DNA of 64,000 nucleotides. Origin: an uncultured bacterium. Its GTDB lineage: Bacteria; Acidobacteriota; HRBIN11; JAKEFK01. The stretch spans positions 1 to 64,000 of the forward strand of contig CAVZQN010000010.1 in NCBI GenBank assembly GCA_963777505.1, given 5' to 3'. The notes under the pieces are model-generated. The model made no database searches. It was not told where the DNA came from and saw only the letters and a program-made list of their open reading frames with translations. The first letter of the stretch is position 1, and every line of letters starts with the position of its first letter. Position numbers and translations under genes: made by a program. This document shows, piece by piece, positions 9,756-19,317 of the stretch.

Positions 9756-10568
9756 TTATTTTTCATTTTTTATTTTTTCCCAGAGGGAGTCCAATTCAGC
9801 AGAATTGAGATCTTTGACTTCCTTTTGTTGATTGCGCGCCTGGTCTTCTAATTTATCAAAGCGATTTCGGAACTTTCGATTTGCATTTCGTAATGCATCT
9901 TCAGGGTTAATTCCATTCTTACGCGCAACATTTACAAGAGTAAACAAAACATCACCAAATTCTTCTTCCTTCGCTTCCTGCGTTGAAGCTTCGCGAAATT
10001 CCTCTAGCTCTTCGTCAAATTTTTTCCAGACATCACTCTCAGTTTCCCAATCGAATCCAACACGTGCAACCTTTGTAGAAATCAAGAAAGCCTGTAACAA
10101 CGCGGGCAATTCGATAGGAACCCCTTCAAGCAATTTCCGTTTTCGTCCTTGATTTTCAGTTTCCTGACTCTTTACCGCTTCCCAATTCGCAAGAGCTTTC
10201 TCCGGCGAATCAGCATGCACATCACCAAAGACATGCGGATGTCTTCCGATCATTTTTTCAAGCAAATGATCCAGCACTTCCTTCAGAGTAAACGAATTCC
10301 TTTCCTGCATCATTTGGGAAATAAAAACCGTTTCGAACAGAAGGTCGCCTAATTCCTCTCGCATCCCGCGCTCATCTTCATGATCGAGAGCCTGAAGAAG
10401 CTCGTAGGATTCTTCCATCAAATATTGCTTTAAATCCTTTAGACTTTGCGAGCGATCCCATGGACATCCACCTTCTGATCGAAGAGTGAACATAACGTCT
10501 ACGAGCTTTTCGAAACGTTTGGCGATCTCTGCACTGTGCGGATTATTTTTAAGTTTTATGTCTGTCAT
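9756..10568 (-). CDS. mazG: Nucleoside triphosphate pyrophosphohydrolase MazG
   Basis: GCPWD, EELGDLL, RHPHVF, GFDW, EEFGDVLF (tandem MazG domains). Confidence 0.95.
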   Translation of the reverse strand: MTDIKLKNNPHSAEIAKRFEKLVDVMFTLRSEGGCPWDRSQSLKDLKQYLMEESYELLQALDHEDERGMREELGDLLFETVFISQMMQERNSFTLKEVLDHLLEKMIGRHPHVFGDVHADSPEKALANWEAVKSQETENQGRKRKLLEGVPIELPALLQAFLISTKVARVGFDWETESDVWKKFDEELEEFREASTQEAKEEEFGDVLFTLVNVARKNGINPEDALRNANRKFRNRFDKLEDQARNQQKEVKDLNSAELDSLWEKIKNEK

Positions 10569-10578
10569 TTTATTTATT

Positions 10579-10630
10579 TGCAGGCCAGAGGCCTGCGGTC
10601 CCTAATGCGGACGTGGACGTCCGCGGTCCC
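10579..10630. repeat. Two tandem short palindromic REP-like units
   Basis: tgcaggccagaggcctgcggtccc and tgcggacgtggacgtccgcggtccc, each a hairpin plus ggtccc tail. Confidence 0.7.
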
Positions 10631-10635
10631 CGATA

Positions 10636-12429
10636 TTATTCAATTCGTTTCAATAAAATTAGCGTCAAATCGTCAAATTGATTTTCATCGCCTCGATGCT
10701 TTGTAAGATCACGCACGAGCTGATCCCGAATCTCTGATACAGATCCATTATGATTTTTCTGCAACGACTCAACAATCCGGTCAATTCCAAACTCATCACC
10801 TTTAGCATCTAACAACTCTGATACTCCATCGGTATAAAGGATCATTAAATCATCCGGCTCTAACCTGTAATGTCCACTTCTATAAACGACATCGGGAAAA
10901 AACCCCATAACCATTCCCCCGGTTTCGAGACGATCAACCCTGCCATTTCTCTTCACAATCAAAGGATAACAATGGCCGGCGTTAACATAATTAAGATCAT
11001 GCGTATCTTTGCTTAAGATGCCGTAAAAAAATGTGACATATTTATTGGATTTTCCATGACTCTTGCACAGTAATTGATTAATGCGCTGAATTGTTAACAC
11101 TGGATCACTGACTTGAAGTGATGCAAGTGCTCGCAATGACGCTTGAAGCGAAGCCATAATCATTGCTGCAGGGGTACTCTTTCCGGAAACATCACCTATC
11201 GCTATAGCGAGTTCAGAATCCGAAACTTCAAGAAAGTCGAAATAATCTCCGCCTACCTGGTAAGCAGGCTGGAAAGCTGTCGCAATTCCATATGTTGGAA
11301 TATCAGGAATCGATTGCGGAAGCAGACTATTTTGGATTTCTCTCGCAATCGAAAGCTCTTTTTCCATGCGCTGCTTTTCAATCATCTGCTGCTGCATCCG
11401 CGCATTTTCATCAGAAACCAAAGCAAGACTTCCTAGTGTTGAGATAAAATCATAATCTTCCTGCGTATAACCTTTTTTCGTCCTTCGATCGCCCAGCAAA
11501 ATCCAACCGCGAACCTCATCATTCATGATCATTGGAAAAATTAGATGAACTTTGTTGGAAGAAAAAAAATCCTGAAGAATACCAGCCTCAAGCTCCGAGC
11601 AAAGCTGAGGATTCTTTCCTGGAAGATAGCAAAGTTGATTCTTATCGCCTAAGTTCCGCAAGTCATCGTTATTGAAGCGGAAACCGCGAATGAATTTCAG
11701 ATCGATCGATTCACCGGAAGAAACAAAGACTGCACAGCGTGAAACGAGAAGCTGTCCCGTAAGACTATTTCCCAGAATTCGATAGATGGTCTCGGAATCC
11801 CACACCGCATTGAAATCTTTGCTCAGTTCGAACAAAGAATTCAGTTGATATACCCGAAGGATCAGCTGTCTGTTGAGTGATTCAAGCATCTTATAGATTT
11901 CTGCGTTTTTCACTGCGCTTGCGCACATCTGCACCAGTGACGCAACCATTTGAAGCTCGTGACGTGATTCACGCGCGTTCCCGCTCTTTCCACCAAGTCC
12001 AATTACTCCGAGCAATTTTTCATCCTGATGAAGAGGAATCAGAAGCTGAAGGTCGAGGGTGCTGACTAATGCTTTCATTTCAGGTGTGCTGAAAGTATCT
12101 GCCTGATAAAAATCTCGAAACGGCGCCTGCAAGTTGAATGAAAATTGAGTTGATGCCGGACTACCGCGGAACCCTTTAGTAGCAACTAAATCCAATCCAT
12201 CTTTTCCATTCAGCAGAAACACTGCACGTCTGGCTGCTGTATAACCCATTAATGTGAGCAAAAGCAGATTCGCAGTTTCTTGCAGGCTTCCTGAACGGTT
12301 CAAACTTGAAGAAAAATCGAACATCAGCATTAAATCGGAAAGACGCTGCTCAATCTCACGATCGGTTAGCTGCTTTGCTTTAAATGATTCGATTATGTGG
12401 CGATAATCGATTGAAGAACCCGTTTGCAT
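10636..12429 (-). CDS. GAF-GAF-PP2C (SpoIIE/RsbU-like) phosphatase
   Basis: Two GAF-like repeats, AREIQ..LLP, VGGDYFD, GDVSGK, NAGH, YTDGV, DDLT. Confidence 0.92.
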   Translation of the reverse strand: MQTGSSIDYRHIIESFKAKQLTDREIEQRLSDLMLMFDFSSSLNRSGSLQETANLLLLTLMGYTAARRAVFLLNGKDGLDLVATKGFRGSPASTQFSFNLQAPFRDFYQADTFSTPEMKALVSTLDLQLLIPLHQDEKLLGVIGLGGKSGNARESRHELQMVASLVQMCASAVKNAEIYKMLESLNRQLILRVYQLNSLFELSKDFNAVWDSETIYRILGNSLTGQLLVSRCAVFVSSGESIDLKFIRGFRFNNDDLRNLGDKNQLCYLPGKNPQLCSELEAGILQDFFSSNKVHLIFPMIMNDEVRGWILLGDRRTKKGYTQEDYDFISTLGSLALVSDENARMQQQMIEKQRMEKELSIAREIQNSLLPQSIPDIPTYGIATAFQPAYQVGGDYFDFLEVSDSELAIAIGDVSGKSTPAAMIMASLQASLRALASLQVSDPVLTIQRINQLLCKSHGKSNKYVTFFYGILSKDTHDLNYVNAGHCYPLIVKRNGRVDRLETGGMVMGFFPDVVYRSGHYRLEPDDLMILYTDGVSELLDAKGDEFGIDRIVESLQKNHNGSVSEIRDQLVRDLTKHRGDENQFDDLTLILLKRIE

Positions 12430-12487
12430 AATTTTTTACCGCTGAGCCGCAAAGCTCGCTGAAGATTATAAGCCTTTTGGATGGGAA

Positions 12488-12949
12488 TTATTTGCGTTTC
12501 GGCTGCGATTCTTCATCCCTTGAGAGGTACTTAATCATGCGGCATTCATTCATCGGAGGGCTGATTTTATAAGAGACTTCATCCATACAACGTTTCATGA
12601 TCAGAATCCCAAGACCGCCCTTTTTCTTTTGAAGTTGGAAGTCCGATAAATCTTCCACATTCATTAATTTCCCCGGATCAACTTGATCGCCATTGTGAAG
12701 GATTCGAATTGTTAGCTTCGCTTTTTGTAATTCAAAAATTACTTGCATCTTGTGGGATTCTTCGCCATGGTAAGCATGTTCCATTACATTCGTAAGAGCT
12801 TCTTCGACAGCTAAAGCAGTTTTTTGCGAATCATTTGAATCGAATCCCATCGACTCAGCCAATGTGCAAGTTAAAACACGCATAGCGTGAAGATGCCGCG
12901 TACTACTTGGCAGAGTTACTTCAACAATTTCATTCTTGTTATCAGACAT
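12488..12949 (-). CDS. RsbW/SpoIIAB-like anti-sigma factor kinase
   Basis: LAVEEALTNVMEHAY, GGLGILIMKRCMDEV. Confidence 0.9.
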   Translation of the reverse strand: MSDNKNEIVEVTLPSSTRHLHAMRVLTCTLAESMGFDSNDSQKTALAVEEALTNVMEHAYHGEESHKMQVIFELQKAKLTIRILHNGDQVDPGKLMNVEDLSDFQLQKKKGGLGILIMKRCMDEVSYKISPPMNECRMIKYLSRDEESQPKRK

Positions 12950-12955
12950 AAAGCA

Positions 12956-13315
12956 TCATGAAGATGCCGGTTCAGAAAAACTGCGAACCGCTTTATCTTC
13001 GTTTTCAAAAATGGAATACAGCTCGGTAAAACCAAGCACTTCAAATATGCTTTGAACCGTATTATTCATTGCACACAATCGAATATCACCGCTATTTTCA
13101 CGAACCATATCAATAAATCCCATGATCACACCGAGCCCTGCACTCGCAATGTAATCAAGTTGATGGCAGTTGATAACAATGTTTAAGCGGTTTTCGTCAA
13201 CCAGTTTCTGCAAAACATCTTCAAAATGTCTTGCGGTGTGCGCATTTAAATAACCGACTGGTTCGACAATGGCAACTTTTTCGTTGGATCGGAGATTGAT
13301 GCTTAGATCTGGCAT
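12956..13315 (-). CDS. RsbV/SpoIIAA-like STAS anti-anti-sigma factor
   Basis: LDYIASAGLG phosphorylation motif. Confidence 0.92.
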   Translation of the reverse strand: MPDLSINLRSNEKVAIVEPVGYLNAHTARHFEDVLQKLVDENRLNIVINCHQLDYIASAGLGVIMGFIDMVRENSGDIRLCAMNNTVQSIFEVLGFTELYSIFENEDKAVRSFSEPASS

Positions 13316-13429
13316 ATTTTGCGTCCCTTTTCTACGAGTCTAGAACTACAATTATAGCAGTCAAGTTGTTGCTCTACTTTTTTCTTGATTTCTCTCGCCT
13401 TCACGGTATAATCCAAGCAGGGGTCACGG

Positions 13430-13720
13430 ATGTTTTGTTGCTATAAGTGTCATCGGGAGATTGCTGCCACAACTTCTTTCCGTCGTCATGATTTGTGCCC
13501 TTATTGCTCCTCCGCTCTTCATAGTTGTCAAAACTGTCTATATTATGACGAGTTTTCCCCTAAGAAATGTTCCGAAATTGCCGCAGATTGGGTTCCCGAC
13601 AAGGAAAAAGCCAATTTTTGCGAGTTTTTTGAATACCGCCAGCCTCATATCATGAAAAAGGACCTTGAGACGGACAAAGCTCGAGCTTATTGGGATTCCC
13701 TCTGGAAAAAAGCTCAATAA
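13430..13720 (+). CDS. Cys-rich zinc-binding hypothetical protein
   Basis: Three CxxC pairs and DKEKANFCEFF; TATAAT upstream. Confidence 0.8.
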   Translation: MFCCYKCHREIAATTSFRRHDLCPYCSSALHSCQNCLYYDEFSPKKCSEIAADWVPDKEKANFCEFFEYRQPHIMKKDLETDKARAYWDSLWKKAQ

Positions 13721-13771
13721 GGTCCCTATTCGATTCACAAGGCCCCCAAATACCCGTAGTAGAATTGGATA

Positions 13772-14575
13772 ATGTCGATCTTTCGACGTGTCTTTCAGGC
13801 GCCAGGCCGTCTCAAAACTGCATTCTCTTATTACAAGCGTCCATTGGGTGAGATTCTTCCCTGGATTGTAAAATCCCGCGAAGATACGAACTTTACATCG
13901 ACCTTTCACCCCTGAACCTTGCGTATCTTGCTTCATTCGTTGCAATGGTTGCGAAGTGTCCGGTGGAGACCGCTTCAGATTACATTCGAGAAGCCCTTCA
14001 CGACGATGCACTCAAACAGCACATCAAGGAAACAAACTTTGCGAAAAGGTCAGCATTCTACTGCCGATCAAGAAGCAAGATATGGACGCCGGCTTGGATG
14101 GTATGCGATTGTTCGCGCACAAAAGCCTGCAATCGTAATCGAAACGGGAGTTGATAAAGGCCTTGGCACCTGTTTGATCGCATCAGCTCTTCTTAGAAAC
14201 GCAGCCGAAGGCCATCCCGGAAGAATATACGGCCTCGATTTGAATCCTGAGTCGGGTTATCTGTTGGGCGGCCAATATGCGAATTTCGGAGAAGTTGTTG
14301 TTGGTGATGCCGTTGAATCCTTACGCAAATTCGAAAAAAATATTGATTGTTTTATCAATGATAGTGATCACTCAGCAACGTACGAACGAGCGGAGTATGA
14401 AACGATTTGCGACAAACTTTCTTCGAAAGCTATTTTGATCGGAGATAATGCGCATTGTTCCGAAGAATTAAGAAATTTTGCACTGAAGACAAATCGTAAC
14501 TTTCTATTCTTTCGCGAAGAGCCTAAAGATCACTGGTATCCAGGCGCAGGGATTGGAGTTGCTTTTCCAAAATAG
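13772..14575 (+). CDS. Class I SAM-dependent methyltransferase (Methyltransf_24-like), two frameshifts
   Basis: Joined frames read MSIFRR..SREDTNFT / DLSPLNLAYLA..HIKE / ARYGRRLGWYA..IETGVDKGLG..INDSDH. Confidence 0.8.
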
Positions 14576-14592
14576 AAATTTGGGTTCTGCGG

Positions 14593-15501
14593 TTAAGACT
14601 TCTTTCGCACGCGGAATGGATACGCGCTGACGTTTTCGAACTTTGTGCCTGCCGATTTTCCTTGAAGAAGCAGAACATAATCTCTTTGTTCCACTCTGGA
14701 AGAAGGCAAATCAAAAACGATCGTTTTTCCGATTACCGTATTCGAAGGCTTCAACAGTCCCATACCCCACAATTCATCTCCGCCTGCAGTCTGCAATGAA
14801 ATGCGATACGCATTAAATGGATCGCGATCGAGTTTAAGTTCAAATCGGATGAAATCGATCCGAGGATCAACATCCAATGTTTTCATTCCTGCAGCATCAC
14901 GCGCTACACCCGGAGTCATAACGACGGCCAGAATTGAAGGTTGAGGTTTTGCGCCATGAATGGGCTCTGGAGGATTTGAATCTTCCTGCATACGAGCTTT
15001 ATCAAGATCTTTAGTAAGCTCTTGTATTTTCGATTGTTGTTGCTGGGATTCCCCGGAAGATTGCTTTAATTTCTGAATTTCTTGCTGCGCCGCTTTATTC
15101 TCCGCGCGGAGTTCTACAAATTCACGAATCAACCATGCCCCAGCAAGTGCAATGGCTACCATTGCTGCGGCAAGCAATTTTGCTGCAACGGGCCATTTTT
15201 TTGATGAGGATGAAATTTCAGGCAAACTCATTTCGTCAGCTTTTACACGCAAAGCCTCTGCAAATTGAATCCGTTGCCTGCTTTTTGGCAAATTGAGATA
15301 AAGCTGTTCAAATTTTTCCTTTTGGGTAGGAGTTAGTGCGCCGGAGACATACAAATCAATCAGTTCTGCTTCCGCGTGCTCTACCTCTTCAAAGGATTCA
15401 TCGCTGGAAAAATACTTCTGTTCAATTTGCTCAATCTGGTCTTCGGGCAGCTCTTTTAACAAATAACGAATTAAATCGCTGCTGCCACTCTGATCGGACA
15501 T
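14593..15501 (-). CDS. Membrane-anchored putative anti-sigma factor
   Basis: RYLL.EL..ELIDLYV.G.L..FE N-terminus, TM helix, coiled coil and beta domain; abuts the ECF gene. Confidence 0.78.
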   Translation of the reverse strand: MSDQSGSSDLIRYLLKELPEDQIEQIEQKYFSSDESFEEVEHAEAELIDLYVSGALTPTQKEKFEQLYLNLPKSRQRIQFAEALRVKADEMSLPEISSSSKKWPVAAKLLAAAMVAIALAGAWLIREFVELRAENKAAQQEIQKLKQSSGESQQQQSKIQELTKDLDKARMQEDSNPPEPIHGAKPQPSILAVVMTPGVARDAAGMKTLDVDPRIDFIRFELKLDRDPFNAYRISLQTAGGDELWGMGLLKPSNTVIGKTIVFDLPSSRVEQRDYVLLLQGKSAGTKFENVSAYPFRVRKKS

Positions 15502-16149
15502 TTAGAGTTCCTCCTTACTATGCGTGGGTTTTCCGGAAATCCATTTCACCTGCATTTTCTTCTCGACACACGTATGAACGCACGTTTCAAGACGCTCACG
15601 GATCCGGAATACCCGGATTCGCAGGGCATTCATTGGGATACCAAGACGATCAGCGAGTTGACGGCGATTCTGGATTTTGGCACCACGCTCCAGTTGATAA
15701 TAGCCAAGAATCAAGGCTCTGCTTTCTGCGGGAAGAGATTCAAGACAATGTTCAAGACATTGCGTTAACTGCTGATTCTCAATTTGATCATCGGCCTCTT
15801 CGATAACCGGTTCGGAAGGAAGAGTGTTAACGTCTACAGAATCATGGGAGGATCGCTCTTTCTGCAATTTTTCCCACGATTCACGTAAAACAAATCGCGC
15901 GACACCATAGACATATCCTGGAACATCATAAATGACTTCGCCTTGAATAATTTTTCGTGAGACACGATCCATGGTTTCATCTGAAAGTTGATCGGGATTT
16001 AAGGCGCCGCGCCACTCAAAGAAACGTTGCAATTTTTGACGCAGCATCTCATATTTTTCACCGGCGCGTTCTCGATCTGAGTCAAGACAGTTCAAAAAGC
16101 TTTCAAACGCTTCGGGTGTTAAGGCGATTTTTCTCTGGCTGCTATTCAA
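15502..16149 (-). CDS. ECF-type RNA polymerase sigma factor
   Basis: Region-2-like DQLSDETMDRV..YVYGVARFV; region-4-like CLESLP..LADRLGI..ALRIRVFRIR. Confidence 0.88.
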   Translation of the reverse strand: MNSSQRKIALTPEAFESFLNCLDSDRERAGEKYEMLRQKLQRFFEWRGALNPDQLSDETMDRVSRKIIQGEVIYDVPGYVYGVARFVLRESWEKLQKERSSHDSVDVNTLPSEPVIEEADDQIENQQLTQCLEHCLESLPAESRALILGYYQLERGAKIQNRRQLADRLGIPMNALRIRVFRIRERLETCVHTCVEKKMQVKWISGKPTHSKEEL

Positions 16150-16171
16150 GATTCACCACAAAGGCGCAAAG

Positions 16172-17095
16172 TCACTCAAAATATTTGTGAGTAACTTCGA
16201 CATCTTTCAATATTTGCATTCGTAACTCGTCAATTCCTTTGAATTGCCGCTCTTCACGGATACGCTTAAAGAATTGAAGCTCCATCCTTTGCCCATAAAG
16301 ATCACCGGAAAATTCAATTAAATGCGCTTCAACAGTAAGAGTTTTTCCACCAACCGTTGGACGAAAGCCGACGTTCACAGCAGCAGGATGCGACTTAAGT
16401 CCTACGAGTGCTTTCGCCGCATAGACGCCCCCGCCTGGCAATAGTTCATTTTCAACTTTCAGATTCGCAGTTGGAATTCCGATTTTTCCACCAAGCTTTT
16501 CTCCCTCCACAACAATGCCTCGCAATGAAAACGGACGTCCAAGATATTTTTGCGCTTCATCCATTCGGCCTTCCTGAATTTCATGTCTGATCAATGTAGA
16601 CGAAATTCGCGTGCCATTTGCACTTATTTCACCCACACTCTCAACGTCAAAATCATTCTCGTTTCCCATTTTTTGCAGGAGCGCGATATCGCCTCGCTTT
16701 TTATGCCCAAATGCAAAATTCTGTCCTACTACAAAAGTACGTATCTGTAAAAGCTTCACAAGATACTCCGACACAAATTCTTCAGGACTCTTCAGAGCGA
16801 AATCATGATTAAATACTACAACTATAGTACTATCAATGCCGAGATCTGCTAACGCTTCGAGACGCTGATCCAGAGTCTGAATCAATGGCGGGGCGGTCTC
16901 CGGAGATAGCACCTTTTTTGGTACAGGGTCGAATGTAATCACAACGCTTGGCATATTGTGTTCATGTGCACGCTCCACCAATCGTTTCAATATCGCCTGA
17001 TGACCACGATGAACCCCATCAAAGTTGCCTAATGTAGAAATAGTCCGAGTTTGAGGTTCAACTACCCATTCTGAAAAACCATCATAGATCTTCAC
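16172..17095 (-). CDS. ribF: Bifunctional riboflavin kinase/FAD synthetase
   Basis: GNFDGVHRGH, RISST, GIPTAN, NVGFRPT, VEAHL. Confidence 0.97.
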   Translation of the reverse strand: MKIYDGFSEWVVEPQTRTISTLGNFDGVHRGHQAILKRLVERAHEHNMPSVVITFDPVPKKVLSPETAPPLIQTLDQRLEALADLGIDSTIVVVFNHDFALKSPEEFVSEYLVKLLQIRTFVVGQNFAFGHKKRGDIALLQKMGNENDFDVESVGEISANGTRISSTLIRHEIQEGRMDEAQKYLGRPFSLRGIVVEGEKLGGKIGIPTANLKVENELLPGGGVYAAKALVGLKSHPAAVNVGFRPTVGGKTLTVEAHLIEFSGDLYGQRMELQFFKRIREERQFKGIDELRMQILKDVEVTHKYFE

Positions 17096-17859
17096 GGTTC
17101 ATTCAACTCCAAACTCATTCCATCGTAAGAAAGATAAACATTTGATGGTAACTCAGATCCTGTTTTCTCATGATCGAAATCATGACTGATGTGAGTAAAA
17201 TAAGCGGCGTCCGGTTCAACCTTTTCAATAATTTTCATCGCTTTCTCAACATTTAAATGAGTCGGATGAGGGGCATAACGAAGTACGCCAAGTACGAGAA
17301 TCGAAGTACCACGCAGCATTCTGTACGTTTCTTCAGGAACCTCACTACAATCCGTTATGTAACTCATTGAACCGATTCGATAACCATTAACATTCAATTT
17401 GCCGTGTAAAACCGGCAGAGGCTGCACAGGCAAACCTTCAAACTCAAAAGCGCCTTGTACAGGCCGGATATCGATTCGTGGAATCGAACCTCCAGGTTGA
17501 GGCTCAGAAAAAACATACCGGAACATATCACAAATTCCGTCTAATGCCTCCTTGTTGCCAAAACAAGGAATATGTTGCTGCTGCCGGTAGGAAAAAGGAC
17601 GTAAATCATCCAGACCCAGAATGTGATCCGCGTGAGAATGCGTGTACAGCACGGCATCGACCCGTTTCAAGTTTTCGCGAATTGCTTGTGATCGAAAATC
17701 AGTGGCTGTATCAATGAGCAAATTCAAATTATGTGCTTGAACGAGTAATGAAGCGCGTGTTCTCTTGTTGTGCGGATCATCGGAAACGCACACCGCACAT
17801 TCGCATCCAATAGTCGGAACGCCCATGGATGTACCGCTGCCCATAAAAGTGATTTTCAT
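17092..17859 (-). CDS. MBL-fold metallohydrolase (PhnP-like)
   Basis: GSGTSMGVP, CECAVC, THSHADHILGLDDLR, THISH. Confidence 0.92.
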   Translation of the reverse strand: MKITFMGSGTSMGVPTIGCECAVCVSDDPHNKRTRASLLVQAHNLNLLIDTATDFRSQAIRENLKRVDAVLYTHSHADHILGLDDLRPFSYRQQQHIPCFGNKEALDGICDMFRYVFSEPQPGGSIPRIDIRPVQGAFEFEGLPVQPLPVLHGKLNVNGYRIGSMSYITDCSEVPEETYRMLRGTSILVLGVLRYAPHPTHLNVEKAMKIIEKVEPDAAYFTHISHDFDHEKTGSELPSNVYLSYDGMSLELNEP

Positions 17860-17907
17860 ATTCAGTGCTGAGTGTTAAGCAATGAGTGCTGAGAAGCGAA
17901 CGCGACG

Positions 17908-19206
17908 CTATTCTGTGGTTGAGACTTCAGTAACCGTCCCAGGTACTTCAGGAACCTCAACATTTGTATTAAAGATCCGGCTGATTTCAAGAGATTCATC
18001 CACCCTTCCGTCTTCTGTTTGTGCAGCAAGAATGTAACCTGAAGCATTGGACTGATATAAGAAAGGCCGATTCCATGCATCGCGAAGATCCTCTTTTGAA
18101 ATGTAATGGCTTTGAACTAATTCGTCCAATCGATTCGGTAAACGGCTTTCCGTATGGAAGAACAGTGTCAGCGCGCTATCGACCACATTCATCCGGTTCT
18201 GACTGAATGCTTTCCTGATTTGTGAATGATTCTCTCCGCCAAAAAATCGGGACCCGGGAAGTTTTAAAGGATCACGGATGTTAAAGAAGATTAGAACTAA
18301 AACGGCGATCGCTAAAAATGGATAAAAGATTTTGAAATTGAATGACTTTTCTTCTTCGGGACGAGTAAAAGTCAGAGTGGGCTCTTTAATCACAATAGGT
18401 GAATTCGGCCGAACGTGTTCGATGAGTTTTCGTTCCAAAAGTTCGTACATAGCTTTGCATGTATGAAATTCACCCAGCTTGCTGCTTTCAATAATGTCAT
18501 TAACCGAACTTTTTGAATCGATGAACTGAAATACCTCAGCTTCTTCTCTGCTTAACCGGATTTTTTCAGGATCATCTCCGTCACCGTTGGCATCCTGCAT
18601 TTTCTCAAACATTGCATCCAGTTCTGATTCACCGGTTAATTCCCCAAGATCCAGTTCAGACAATTCTACAGTCGGACTGAACACCATACTAAAATCAGGA
18701 ATCCGCTTTTCAATGATCGGCCATTCATCAATCATCTGAATTCCTTCCATCAAAATACTTTCAGTGTTCATCGGTGGAATACTTTCATCCGAGTTAGGAT
18801 CGACATGTGCTTTTTGATCGAAGTAATATTCGCCATGATTCCAGCGGAACAAGCGATATACCATTTGCACAATTTGAATCTGCAGAGCCGCTTTTAACTG
18901 TTCACGCGAAAGGAAATTTTGATCTACGAGAATAAACCCGATTTTTTGCAGCGTTTTTTGCTGATAGCTTAAGGCTTCTTTAAGCTGATCGATAGTGATA
19001 AGACCTGTCTTTACAAGGACTTTTCCGATTCGATCTTCTAATTTTTTTGGAGTTGAATCGGCGCCAACAACCTGTCCGCCAAAGAACTTCACGATGATCG
19101 TTTCCTCTGGACGGCGGAGAGTTAAGACCCCGGTTTTTCTCTGGATTCCAATCAGTTGAAAAATGTCGGCAAGACTAAAGTCCTCCAGAGTCCCTTCAAG
19201 AGCCAT
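17908..19206 (-). CDS. DUF4388-domain membrane protein with C-terminal GspG/T2SSG-like domain
   Basis: MALEGTLEDFSLADIFQLI..KTGVL (DUF4388), TM helix, LP..LDELV..DAWNRPFLY (GspG DPWG..Y-like). Confidence 0.8.
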   Translation of the reverse strand: MALEGTLEDFSLADIFQLIGIQRKTGVLTLRRPEETIIVKFFGGQVVGADSTPKKLEDRIGKVLVKTGLITIDQLKEALSYQQKTLQKIGFILVDQNFLSREQLKAALQIQIVQMVYRLFRWNHGEYYFDQKAHVDPNSDESIPPMNTESILMEGIQMIDEWPIIEKRIPDFSMVFSPTVELSELDLGELTGESELDAMFEKMQDANGDGDDPEKIRLSREEAEVFQFIDSKSSVNDIIESSKLGEFHTCKAMYELLERKLIEHVRPNSPIVIKEPTLTFTRPEEEKSFNFKIFYPFLAIAVLVLIFFNIRDPLKLPGSRFFGGENHSQIRKAFSQNRMNVVDSALTLFFHTESRLPNRLDELVQSHYISKEDLRDAWNRPFLYQSNASGYILAAQTEDGRVDESLEISRIFNTNVEVPEVPGTVTEVSTTE

Positions 19207-19317
19207 TGCGCTATTATACCTATAACTGAGCTCATATTGCAGTTTGTCGATAGTAAATTACAAATTTGACGAGAATATAAAATCGTGAAATCTGCAATAT
19301 TGATGAAGCGAGGAAAA

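Noticed and set aside
9756-10568. MazG as an anti-phage or toxin-antitoxin component
   Set aside because: It is the standard tandem-domain housekeeping form with no toxin or defence neighbours.
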